A DNA stretch of 32,000 nucleotides from NCBI GenBank assembly GCA_938036345.1, contig CALHPJ010000016.1, forward strand, positions 1 to 32,000. The letters are read 5' to 3'. The position numbers and the translations under genes were made by a program. Numbering within the stretch: position 1 is the first letter of the stretch; every line of letters begins with the position of its first letter. The notes beneath the pieces are model-generated. The model had not been told where the DNA came from. It made no database searches and saw nothing but the letters and a program-made list of their open reading frames with translations. The stretch is from an uncultured Thermofilaceae archaeon (GTDB lineage Archaea; Thermoproteota; Thermoprotei; Thermofilales; Thermofilaceae). Positions 17,011 through 25,396 of the stretch are shown piece after piece.

Positions 17011-17106
17011 GCCGGGGTGGCCGAGTGGTCGAAGGCGGCGGGCTGCAGTGGCGGTGTCGTGCGTGGAAACCCGCTACTCACCCGGGTTCGAATCCCGGCC
17101 CCGGCT
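17011..17106 (+). tRNA. tRNA-Cys(GCA) with a 20-nt intron at 37/38; no encoded CCA
   Basis: Hand fold: GCCGGGG-TG-GCCGAGTGGTCGAAGGC-G-GCGGG-CTGCAG[TGGCGGTGTCGTGCGTGGAA]A-CCCGC-TACTCA-CCGGGTTCGAATCCCGG-CCCCGGC-T. Discriminator U73 fits Cys identity. The 6-nt variable loop is slightly unusual. TATA-like TTATAA lies about 25-30 nt upstream. Confidence 0.78.
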
Positions 17107-17195
17107 CTACTCTAGATCGCGCGCTTAGCTTTCTTGCCATAACATTGGCATAAATTTTTAGCTAACCTTATTTCCAGAAGCTCGGGAAATTCTGT

Positions 17196-19115
17196 TTACA
17201 TTCTGTGCGGCGGATCTATCCCCAGCATCCTCATTCCATTCTCCAAGGTTATGGCTACCATTTTCACAAGCGCTAACCTCGCTTGAGCCTTCTCCCTCGG
17301 TTCCGCCTTCAGTATAGGCACCTTATCGTAGTAGCTGTTGAAAGCTAATGCCAGCTCGTTCAAGTACTGCGCTAGAGACTCTATCTTCAGCTCGTCAGCG
17401 GCCTTAGCTACCACTTCAGGCAGATAACTGACAAGCAAAAGCAGCTTCTTTTCCTCCTCGCCGAAAGCGCCCTCAGGTACGCCTGGCTTCAGGTCGCCGG
17501 CCTTCCGGAGAATGGACCTAGCTCTTACGTAGGCATACTGGATAAACGGGCCGCTGTTACGCTCGAAATCCAGAATTTTCTCCCATTTGAATGAAAGCGG
17601 GCGAAGCGGTGAGATGCTTAGCATTGCATACTTCACTGCCCCGATCCCTACTCTTTCAGCTACGTCCCTATTTTCTTCAGGCTCGAGGCCCCTTTTAACA
17701 AGCTCTTCGCAAGCTCTTTTAACCGCTTCATCGATAAGCTCATCAGCGGATACGTATCTGCCCCTCCTACCCGACATTTTTACTCCCGGCAGTGTCACAA
17801 GCTCGTAGGAAAAGTGAATCACGTTTTCGGCTTCCTTAACGTAGCCGAGCGCGTAAAGCGCCAATTTAACCTGAATTTGCTCAAGGGACTGTTGTGCAGC
17901 TATAACGTTCACAACCCTGCTCGCTCCCTGCTTGAATTTCCAAAGTGAATACGCGATATCCCTGGTCGCGTAAAGCGTAGTTCCATCAGAGCGCATAAGA
18001 GTCAAAGGAGTAACAGTGAAATTCTCCGGTATACCAAGCTTCCTCCTAATTTCAGCATCTTCAGCAAGTTTATCCGCTTCAAAAACGATAGCTCCCCGAT
18101 CTACGTGGGCATAGCCGGCCTCTTTTAGCTGCCTAATGACCTCATCCGATAAACCGTTCCAAACCGCGACATCGCTTTCCCAATCCCATTTGTCGAAGGA
18201 TATTCCCATTCTGCTTAGGGTTTGCTTAAAGCCTTCAATGCAGAGCCCAGCTACCTCTCTAACTAGCTTTACAGCCCACTCCTCGCCTGCTTCGTAAGCG
18301 CGGTTTATCTCTAAAATCCTAGCTAAGGGGTTTTCCCTCTTCGTAGCCTCAGATAATATAGAAAACAGCTCCTCATCCCTTTCCATAAGCTCTTTCGAAA
18401 CCCACAACCAATCCAAAAGTTCTCTATCGATCTCAGCGCGCCTCGCCGGATCCTCCTCCGTCCTTCTTTTCCCATCCAACTCCCGGACATTGACAATCGC
18501 GTTAACAATCGCGTAAACCAACCCTATGTAGTGATCCGGTTTCACATCCCTTTTAACGTGCTTCACCTTTTCGTAGCCGTAAGCTGCATAAGCCATCTGC
18601 AGGCCGACGTCATCCACGTAGAAGTGTACTTCAACAGTGTGCCCTCGAGCCCTAAGCACCTTAGCTAACGCATCACCCAATATCGCATTCCTTAGATGAC
18701 CGACGTGGAGTGGGTGAACGGGGTTCGCGCTAGTGTGCTCGATAATTATCCGTATCGGAGAGGGGTGGGGATTGAAGCCATACGTGCCGCCCATGCTAGT
18801 GACTACATCCCATACCAGCTTGCCATAGAGATTGGGTTCTATACGTATGTTAACGTAACCCCCTTCACTTCTCGCATCCATTATGTAACGTGAAGAATTT
18901 TTAATTTTTCCAGCTATTTCGTTAGCCATTTTTACAGCCATGTCCTCGTCTCTAAAAAGCCTGTATAAGTTTACGGCCAGGTCTCCCCGGTCAGGAGGGG
19001 CTTTTTCAACAGAAATACCGGGCCCTGCTAAATCTCCGGGTAGGGCTCGGTTAAAGGCATCCCTAACCTCCCTCTCTAACGCCTGGTACGCGCTGTAAAG
19101 CTTCATCGCAACCAC
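17196..19115 (-). CDS. argS: Arginyl-tRNA synthetase
   Basis: Class I HIGH-type box SANPVHPLHVGHLRNA, an MSGRRG (KMSK-like) box, and a C-terminal anticodon-binding helical domain. 639 aa from GTG 19115; ATG 19106 is an alternative start. Confidence 0.95.
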   Translation of the reverse strand: MVAMKLYSAYQALEREVRDAFNRALPGDLAGPGISVEKAPPDRGDLAVNLYRLFRDEDMAVKMANEIAGKIKNSSRYIMDARSEGGYVNIRIEPNLYGKLVWDVVTSMGGTYGFNPHPSPIRIIIEHTSANPVHPLHVGHLRNAILGDALAKVLRARGHTVEVHFYVDDVGLQMAYAAYGYEKVKHVKRDVKPDHYIGLVYAIVNAIVNVRELDGKRRTEEDPARRAEIDRELLDWLWVSKELMERDEELFSILSEATKRENPLARILEINRAYEAGEEWAVKLVREVAGLCIEGFKQTLSRMGISFDKWDWESDVAVWNGLSDEVIRQLKEAGYAHVDRGAIVFEADKLAEDAEIRRKLGIPENFTVTPLTLMRSDGTTLYATRDIAYSLWKFKQGASRVVNVIAAQQSLEQIQVKLALYALGYVKEAENVIHFSYELVTLPGVKMSGRRGRYVSADELIDEAVKRACEELVKRGLEPEENRDVAERVGIGAVKYAMLSISPLRPLSFKWEKILDFERNSGPFIQYAYVRARSILRKAGDLKPGVPEGAFGEEEKKLLLLVSYLPEVVAKAADELKIESLAQYLNELALAFNSYYDKVPILKAEPREKAQARLALVKMVAITLENGMRMLGIDPPHRM

Positions 19116-19128
19116 GCTGATACCAGTG

Positions 19129-19140
19129 CTAATGCTTATA
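19129..19140 (+). promoter_or_regulatory. tRNA-Arg(UCU) promoter core containing a TATA box
   Basis: CTAATGCTTATA, identical to 16436-16447. It ends 35 nt before tRNA +1 and lies in the ~60-bp divergent spacer shared with argS. Confidence 0.55.
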
Positions 19141-19174
19141 AGCTTGGCTTTACCAGAGGTTTCAGGGAAAGCAG

Positions 19175-19269
19175 GGGCCCGTGGCCTAGCTTGGAAAGGC
19201 GTCGACCCGCGGTGGGGCGCAAGCCTTCTAAGCCGGAGAACCCGGGTTCAAGTCCCGGCGGGCCCGCCA
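19175..19269 (+). tRNA. tRNA-Arg(UCU) with the same 18-nt intron at 29/30; CCA encoded
   Basis: Identical to 16473-16564 apart from the anticodon loop (CTTCTAA instead of CTGCGGA). Followed directly by CCA at 19267-19269. Confidence 0.82.
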
Positions 19270-19644
19270 CGCCTACAGTGACCGCAAGAAAAATTTTTGA
19301 ATATTTAAGTAAAAAGAAATAACCGAAGTAAATTACTCCTTTCTTTTACTTGGTAAGATTTCCTAACGTATTACGGAAATAATATGCAAATATTACGCAA
19401 ATTGTATTAATATTCTAAATATTATGTTTTTTAATTTATACATTTTATAATTTTATCTAATTTGATTCCTTCAACTAACGATATTTATAAACAAGAGAAA
19501 ACTTTATAGATTAAAGAGGGGCCACGCTGAAATTGCTTTGCAGTAGCAAATCTATTTCTTTTTTTCTTTTTCACAAAAAGTTTAAATTTAGTTCCATTCG
19601 TACACAATTATCAGAGAAGGCGTTATCCAAATGTGGTATCTTGA
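19270..19644. other. AT-rich non-coding spacer (~375 bp) between the 3' ends of two convergent tRNA genes, rich in short inverted and direct repeats
   Basis: By eye about a quarter G+C, versus about half in the flanks. There is no credible ORF. Repeats are detailed in the findings. Confidence 0.8.
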
Positions 19645-19735
19645 AGCCCCGGCCGGGGTTTGAACCCGGGTCCTCCGCCTCTCTGGAACAGCCAGCTTTA
19701 CCAGAGCGGCGCTCTGCCGGCTGAGCTACCGGGGC
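19645..19735 (-). tRNA. tRNA-Thr(GGU) with an 18-nt intron (37/38 by my preferred parse); no encoded CCA
   Basis: Hand fold of the reverse complement: GCCCCGG-TA-GCTCAGCCGGCAGAGC-G-CCGCT-CTGGTA[AAGCTGGCTGTTCCAGAG]A-GGCGG-AGGAC-CCGGGTTCAAACCCCGG-CCGGGGC-T. An alternative splice register inside the 3' stem strand is possible. Confidence 0.82.
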
Positions 19736-19787
19736 CTACTCCCTTTCTCAGGCATGAATTTAAGTTTTTATTGGCAACAATTTGCAG

Positions 19788-21065
19788 ATGCTGCCCAGCA
19801 ATAAACGGCTAGTTAGTGGACTCTACAGGGTTGAGGGAGCAGCTAAATTGAGGGTGCTTGAGGGGTGCTTCTATGCTTTAGGAAGGTATTTCAGAAAAGG
19901 GGATGAATTAGTAGTCCCTAGGGGCTCAATCGTATGCATAAATGTTGAATCGGAATGCGTTATTGAAGGCTCTATTGCCGGCTCGATAGAGGAAGCTAAA
20001 CCGGAGGAAGAAGTAATCAACACTTGGAAAACCCTATCTGACGATTTAACTTCGAAGAAAAGAAAAATCATAGTCATAGGTGAACCCGATAGTGGTAAAA
20101 CGACTTTTTCAACGTTCTTAGTTAATTCTGCTCTCTCTAAAAGTTTGAAAGTAGCCTTTATCGACGCGGATGTAGGCCAAAACGACGTCGGCTGGCCAGG
20201 TACGATAGCCTTAGCTCTCCCAACTCGACCTCTATCCTGGCTGGGGCAACTCGAGCCCGCGGCCATTTACTTCGTGGGCTCCAATACGCCTAATGGTTTT
20301 GAAGATGCTGTCTTAGTGGGCATAAGAAAAATCTTGGAAAAAACAGCTGGCTGCAATCTAACGGTGGTAAACACAGATGGATGGGTCGCGGGCAAGCGGG
20401 CTATCCTTTATAAAGCAAGGCTCATCGAAGCGGTCAACCCCGACGCTCTAGTCGTGATGAGGGGGGCTGGCCTAGCCGATTGCATAGCTAGGATGTTCGA
20501 GCACTCGAACACAGAGGTGGTTTACGCCCCAACCCCTCCCATGGTTAAATGCAAGGATAGAGAGTTAAGGAAAACGCGAAGAGATCTCGCATATTTGGAC
20601 TTTTTAATTAATTCATCGGTTAAATATTTGAACTTAGATAAGGTAAAGTTTTACGGAACGTACACTTTGAACTTGCAAACCGATCCTATGCTTAGAGAAC
20701 TCATAACTTCGCTGCTGGGCTTCGAGGTTCAAGTTGAGGCTGGCAGCAACGTAGTCGTGCTGGCCGTCAGTGGCGAGCAAGCCTACAAACGTGTCTTGGA
20801 AATGCGAGAACAGCTTTCCAAAACATTAGGCAAGGAAGTTTACGTTTCAAACATTGAGGGGCTCAAGGGATTGCTCGTGGGATTCCTTAACCAAGAGCTG
20901 GAGCACGTAGGCGTGGGTGTTATTGAAGAACTCAACCTACCTGGGAAGGTCGTTAAAGTGAGAACCCCCTTCCCAGTCGACGACGTGTGCCTCCTTATCC
21001 CCAGCGTGCTAAAGGTCACGGAAAAGGGTGTGGAAAGAGAGAGGGGTCTTTTCCCGCTAGCTTGA
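19788..21065 (+). CDS. Clp1-like polynucleotide 5'-hydroxyl kinase (P-loop NTPase, COG1341-type)
   Basis: P-loop VIGEPDSGKTTF followed by the Clp1/Grc3-type FIDADVGQNDVG box. About 425 aa. ATG 19788 is preferred over TTG 19782. TATA-like TTTTTATT lies at 19765-19772, suggesting a near-leaderless transcript. Confidence 0.75.
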   Translation: MLPSNKRLVSGLYRVEGAAKLRVLEGCFYALGRYFRKGDELVVPRGSIVCINVESECVIEGSIAGSIEEAKPEEEVINTWKTLSDDLTSKKRKIIVIGEPDSGKTTFSTFLVNSALSKSLKVAFIDADVGQNDVGWPGTIALALPTRPLSWLGQLEPAAIYFVGSNTPNGFEDAVLVGIRKILEKTAGCNLTVVNTDGWVAGKRAILYKARLIEAVNPDALVVMRGAGLADCIARMFEHSNTEVVYAPTPPMVKCKDRELRKTRRDLAYLDFLINSSVKYLNLDKVKFYGTYTLNLQTDPMLRELITSLLGFEVQVEAGSNVVVLAVSGEQAYKRVLEMREQLSKTLGKEVYVSNIEGLKGLLVGFLNQELEHVGVGVIEELNLPGKVVKVRTPFPVDDVCLLIPSVLKVTEKGVERERGLFPLA

Positions 21066-21131
21066 AAGCAACACGGGTGAACTCCGCTACATTTTTCACT
21101 CACACGACTTAGGGGGTTCCTGGGGGTTGGA

Positions 21132-21746
21132 GTGGAGTACGTCGACGCATTCACGAATACGATGCTGGAAATCGCAGAGCAAATACTCAAGGCTGCTAGA
21201 GCAATAGACAAGAAAGAAGTCCTAAAAATGCTGGAAATTCTCCTTGAGGCAAAGAGAAAAGGAAAGAAGATAATGGTGGTGGGTGTAGGACGCTCAGGGC
21301 TTGTCGGTAAAGCCTTTGCTATGCGTCTAATGCATCTGGGCTTCAACGTTTACGTTATGGGCGAGACCATAACGCCGGCAGTTAAGAAAGAGGACGTAGT
21401 TATAGCGATATCTGGCTCCGGCGCAACGCAAGTAGTTGTTAGCGTGGCTGAGGCCGCCAGGAAAATGGGAGCATTAGTGATTTCGGTGACCTCCTTCCCC
21501 GATTCGTCTCTCGCGAAACAGAGCCACCATGTAGTGCGCATACCCGGTAGGACGAAGATATCCTTGGAGAAAGACTACTTTGCCCGGCAAATACTGGGGA
21601 TCTACGAGCCGCTGGCCCCGCTGGGGACGCTCTTTGAGGATACCGCTCTCGTGTTCTTTGATAGCGTAATCGTAGCTCTTATGAAAGCACTGGAGCTGGA
21701 TGAGGCTGAGCTTATGGAGCGCCATGCTAACATCGAAGTTCCTTAG
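21132..21746 (+). CDS. SIS-domain sugar-phosphate isomerase, 6-phospho-3-hexuloisomerase-like
   Basis: KIMVVGVGRSGLVGKAFAMRLMHLGFNVYVMGE...VVIAISGSGAT is a PHI/SIS pattern. 204 aa, GTG start. Confidence 0.65.
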   Translation: MEYVDAFTNTMLEIAEQILKAARAIDKKEVLKMLEILLEAKRKGKKIMVVGVGRSGLVGKAFAMRLMHLGFNVYVMGETITPAVKKEDVVIAISGSGATQVVVSVAEAARKMGALVISVTSFPDSSLAKQSHHVVRIPGRTKISLEKDYFARQILGIYEPLAPLGTLFEDTALVFFDSVIVALMKALELDEAELMERHANIEVP

Positions 21747-21747
21747 G

Positions 21748-22023
21748 TTATCTGCTCGAGCTTAGCGCCTTTCTCAGTTCTTCTTCTGTAGCCTTTTTAA
21801 CTATGCTCCAGACAGCTCTACCTTTCTCTCTTTCGTGCTTTATGAAACCGGCGTTTTCGAGAACCATCAGTGTGTGATGCAAGAGGGAATAACTGTTAGC
21901 CACCTTTCTTTCTAAGACTATTTTAAGTAAGTCAGGGGTTTGAATTCTTCCTCCTTGTTCTTCAAGGATGTTGTAAACTTTTATTGCCCTCTCAATTACT
22001 TCAGGGCTTCTAGGCCTCGGCAC
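21748..22023 (-). CDS. Small winged-helix DNA-binding protein, hypothetical
   Basis: 91 aa. LLKIVLERKVANSYSLLHHTLMVLENAGFIKHEREKGRAVW resembles a wHTH recognition helix plus wing. Confidence 0.5.
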   Translation of the reverse strand: MPRPRSPEVIERAIKVYNILEEQGGRIQTPDLLKIVLERKVANSYSLLHHTLMVLENAGFIKHEREKGRAVWSIVKKATEEELRKALSSSR

Positions 22024-22155
22024 TTATCATCCCCATCTAATTAAATGAATTTTTCATTATTAAAGTTTTCTTCCAGCCATTGTGCACGAAAAAACCTAGC
22101 AATAATTTGTAGTAAATTACCAATTTTTGGCAATATAGATAAGGTTTAGATAAGA

Positions 22156-23976
22156 CTAGTTAACCATTTCTCCAAATAATGCCTTAGATTTTTCAATCAA
22201 CTCTTCAACACTCCCGACCGCTACTATCTCGTATCCCAAACTTGCCAGGAAATTTTTGACGTAATCGTTGAGCACCCTCTCGTCCAGCATAGCAGCGACC
22301 GCTGTATCATGCTTCGACCTTACGCTCCTACCTACGGCCTGCGCCACTTTAACAGCCGCCGGTGCTAGGTACACAGACCGCCATGCTGCTTCACTCCCAA
22401 CACTATATTTCAAATGCTCGAATAGGCTTTTATTCAAAATGCTCGGCTCCGGCACCGGTAAGCCTGCGACGGCAACCAACTTAATTAAACTCTTACCGTT
22501 GGCACGGAGCTCAACCCCCTCTGCTAACTTACCCCAAGCTGCGCATAGTAGCAGCAGTTTTTTGCTAGCTTTTACTGCCTTCATGACGTCACCGATGCTA
22601 GTATCTCCGCGCTCCATTAGGATGGGGCGCGATTTCATGTGAGTTCTTAGAGCCTTAACCATGTCGTATGATGGAGCTACTACTAAAGCCACGCCCTCTT
22701 TTAGAGTCTCGAATAAACCATCGATCGCTTTTGCCATCACCTCGTACGTGCCAAAACCGCGCTCTACGAAGCGGGAGGAAACCCCTCTCAGAGCTAGAGC
22801 CTTAACGCGTGTAGCCCACGGCGATGACATGCGCAATTCAGCTGTTTTTTCCTCCTCTAGGCCCACCATATGGATAAGGTGGTCACGGGGAGGAAGGGTG
22901 CCGCTCATCAGGCAGGAGCCCCTAATGCTGGAAAACACCTTCCTGGCCTCATGCGCCGGAGATACGCATAGATTTCTTAATACTACGTCGTTCTCTTCGA
23001 TTCTCGCAGTTAGTATGAAGCCAGGTTTGCGGCTACTGAGAGAGCTTAGGAAGGAGGCAACACTTCGCAGCACAGAGGGGCGCTCTAGCGCAATTTCGAC
23101 CGAGGTAGCAGCTTTGGCTAACTCCTCTGGGCTGGGGACTAGGTCCGCCAGGTCGCTAATAGAAAGCTCCACTTCGCCGCAGCTTTTTCTGGCTATCTTC
23201 TTGAGCTTAGACATATAGGCGTAAAGTGAATATAAATTCCTTTCCAGCTTTGCTCGGTTTAGACCTGTATAATAGCGTGAAATCTCTTGACGCGCTTTCC
23301 GGATTTTCTTCCTACTTAGGCTTTTGCTAAGGATGTCTATGAGTACATAAGGTAGGTTGTGCGCCTCGTCTACTACCAACACAATATCCTCGGTTTTCAC
23401 TCCAAGTTCGCTGAGGAAAATTTTCCTAATATCTGGGTCAAACATGTAATTATAGGCTGCAACTACCACATTCGCCTGGCTAAGTGCCGCTTTGGCTACT
23501 TCGTAAGGGCATGCTTCGACTTCCGAGGCTAATTGAACAATCTTCCTGGGGCTTAGGACGCCCTCAACCTCTATCTTGGGTAGGCGCTTAAAGTATGGGC
23601 ATAAGCCACTACGGGATAGTTCGCTGCAAAATTTAAGGAACTCATCGTACTGGAGAACGCTAGTTCCCTTTATCGGACACAAGTCTCTCTTATTTTGAAG
23701 GAAGACTGCACTGAAGGCCACTCGGCGGTTTAGCATCTTTAACTCTCGCAGGGGAGCCTGAAACTGCGACTTGGTTTTAACCAAGTATATTAGCTTCAGA
23801 CTATTGTCAAGGAGAGCGGCCAGGGAACCAGCTAGAACTGGCGCGGTTTTGCCGGCGCCCATCGGATAGCCGAGCAGCAGGTGTTTTCGCTCTAAGAAAC
23901 ATCTGTAGACAGCCTCCGCTATCTCTTGTTGACCCGGTCTCCATTCACTATACGGCCAGATTTCTCTAATGTCCAC
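22156..23976 (-). CDS. xpd: XPD/Rad3-family Fe-S DNA helicase
   Basis: Motif I GYPMGAGKT, DEAH box VVDEAHNL, and four Cys in the Fe-S domain spacing (CPIKG...FCSE...LCPYF...ACPYE). 606 aa. Confidence 0.85.
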   Translation of the reverse strand: MDIREIWPYSEWRPGQQEIAEAVYRCFLERKHLLLGYPMGAGKTAPVLAGSLAALLDNSLKLIYLVKTKSQFQAPLRELKMLNRRVAFSAVFLQNKRDLCPIKGTSVLQYDEFLKFCSELSRSGLCPYFKRLPKIEVEGVLSPRKIVQLASEVEACPYEVAKAALSQANVVVAAYNYMFDPDIRKIFLSELGVKTEDIVLVVDEAHNLPYVLIDILSKSLSRKKIRKARQEISRYYTGLNRAKLERNLYSLYAYMSKLKKIARKSCGEVELSISDLADLVPSPEELAKAATSVEIALERPSVLRSVASFLSSLSSRKPGFILTARIEENDVVLRNLCVSPAHEARKVFSSIRGSCLMSGTLPPRDHLIHMVGLEEEKTAELRMSSPWATRVKALALRGVSSRFVERGFGTYEVMAKAIDGLFETLKEGVALVVAPSYDMVKALRTHMKSRPILMERGDTSIGDVMKAVKASKKLLLLCAAWGKLAEGVELRANGKSLIKLVAVAGLPVPEPSILNKSLFEHLKYSVGSEAAWRSVYLAPAAVKVAQAVGRSVRSKHDTAVAAMLDERVLNDYVKNFLASLGYEIVAVGSVEELIEKSKALFGEMVN

Positions 23977-23977
23977 G

Positions 23978-24445
23978 CTAGTCTATCGCTACCCTGGTCT
24001 CCTCTTTAACCGCACGGAGTACAAACATGGTCCGAGTCGACTCGACACCTTCGATCCTGCCGATAGTGTCTAGAACCTTTGTAAGCTCTTCGCGGCTGCC
24101 GACCCTAACCTTAAGTATGGTGTAGTACTCTCCTGTGACGTCGTATATTTCGTACACCTCCTGCATAGCCTTAAGCTTCTCCAGTACTTCGTCGTACTTC
24201 CGTGGGTCGGCCGTCAAAGCTACTATGGCAACAACGTCTTTACCTACTTTTTCCGGGTCTACCACAGCCTGGAACCTCTTGATGACGCCGAGCTTTAGAA
24301 GTTTTTTTACCCGCAAATGCACAGTGGCTTCGCTTATCCCTATTTGCTTGGAAATCTTGGAATAGGGGGTTTTTGCATCGTCCTGTAGAATCCTCAGCAA
24401 CTCTTTATCGATTCCATCCAGTGGCGGGCGAGACTTTACCGTCAT
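23978..24445 (-). CDS. Lrp/AsnC-family transcriptional regulator
   Basis: N-terminal HTH YSKISKQIGISEATVHLRVKKL plus a C-terminal RAM/ACT-like domain. 155 aa, 1-nt gap to xpd. Confidence 0.88.
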   Translation of the reverse strand: MTVKSRPPLDGIDKELLRILQDDAKTPYSKISKQIGISEATVHLRVKKLLKLGVIKRFQAVVDPEKVGKDVVAIVALTADPRKYDEVLEKLKAMQEVYEIYDVTGEYYTILKVRVGSREELTKVLDTIGRIEGVESTRTMFVLRAVKEETRVAID

Positions 24446-24502
24446 GCTACACCAAATCTATTTGCCGCTTCTCATTAAAAAAAGTTTACTCTGATAGTTG
24501 AG

Positions 24503-25291
24503 CTAAATCGAAAACATGAAAAGGGAAAACAGGGCCGCCTGAAGCATTCCTGAAACTATGTAGCTGGCTAGTGCACCCAAAATCGCCTTGCCCAAAGATA
24601 CTGAAGCCCCTTCCTGCAGCGCGGCTGACATAACGACTAGCCCCCATATGGCGAAGAAGACGGCATGAGCTTGAAGAGCGGTAGAGAGTTGGGGAATTTG
24701 CCTATAGGCTAAAGAAAGCAGTGTTAAAACTGTACTTATCCTCTGGCTTCCCGGAAGCATTACAATCTCTACTTTATCGACATCAATGAGAAAAAGTGTG
24801 TAGATTATTACTTTCGTTATAGCTTCGTATATTTTCGCGCTTAAAGTGTAACCAGCAAGCACAGCAGAAAGTGCTCCTAAGCTTTTGCCTAGTAGCTTTA
24901 GCCCTAAAAATACCCCAAGTGTAGCGGCTATCCAGGCTATTAGTCCGTATCCAAGGGTCATCAAGAATACCCGTCCGTAATGCTCTTCATCTAACTCGCC
25001 AATTTTTCTAAAAGGGGAAGAAGCGTTTACCGCGATTACGCGGTAAGTTCTACCTATAACCTCCACTGAAGGCTGTACCTGATCCCCTTTCACATATACA
25101 AGGGACAGTTTAGATAAAGCAGTTAGATTTTCCAGAAATAACGCGTTTGCGACTAGCAGCATGCAAAGTATCGGTCCAGTGATATCTGGTCTCTGCACAA
25201 TCTCCGTGAAAATTTTAAATGGATTCAGCCCCGCCAGCAGTGCGCGCTTCAAGCCCTCTGCAACTCCAACTTCCTCGTAAGCCCACGCCAT
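24503..25291 (-). CDS. Polytopic membrane protein (possibly Yip1-like), hypothetical
   Basis: 262 aa with about 5 hydrophobic segments. No catalytic motif recognised. Confidence 0.55.
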   Translation of the reverse strand: MAWAYEEVGVAEGLKRALLAGLNPFKIFTEIVQRPDITGPILCMLLVANALFLENLTALSKLSLVYVKGDQVQPSVEVIGRTYRVIAVNASSPFRKIGELDEEHYGRVFLMTLGYGLIAWIAATLGVFLGLKLLGKSLGALSAVLAGYTLSAKIYEAITKVIIYTLFLIDVDKVEIVMLPGSQRISTVLTLLSLAYRQIPQLSTALQAHAVFFAIWGLVVMSAALQEGASVSLGKAILGALASYIVSGMLQAALFSLFMFSI

Positions 25292-25396
25292 GCACTTCTA
25301 TACCGTTATCCTTGCATTAATTGTTATCTCCTGCCTGCGCTAGCGTCTTCAGGGAAAAACGTATATGCCACCGCTTCCGCCTTTGCAGGTGATAAA

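Noticed and set aside
17011-17106. Reading this tRNA as a class II tRNA (Leu or Ser) because of its GCCGAGTGGTCGAAGGC D-arm
   Set aside because: No long variable arm can be formed. The only consistent fold has the anticodon loop CTGCAGA after removal of 20 nt, plus discriminator U73, which fits Cys.
16928-17128. 66-aa plus-strand ORF
   Set aside because: It overlaps tRNA-Cys and its promoter, so it is spurious.
19270-19644. CRISPR leader or array, or an integrated element, in the AT-rich spacer
   Set aside because: There are no regularly spaced direct repeats of 24-37 nt, no integrase or cas genes nearby, and no duplicated tRNA 3' segment that I could see. It is kept only as an unexplained AT-rich region in the findings.
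19533-19724. 63-aa plus-strand ORF
   Set aside because: It starts in the AT-rich spacer and runs antisense through tRNA-Thr, so it is spurious.
20840-21346. 168-aa minus-strand ORF spanning the Clp1-like 3' end and the SIS isomerase 5' end
   Set aside because: It is antisense to two well-supported genes and crosses their intergenic spacer. The sequence is Ser/Pro/Thr-rich.
22268-23218. Plus-strand ORFs 22268-22642 and 22661-23218
   Set aside because: They are antisense shadows inside the XPD helicase gene.
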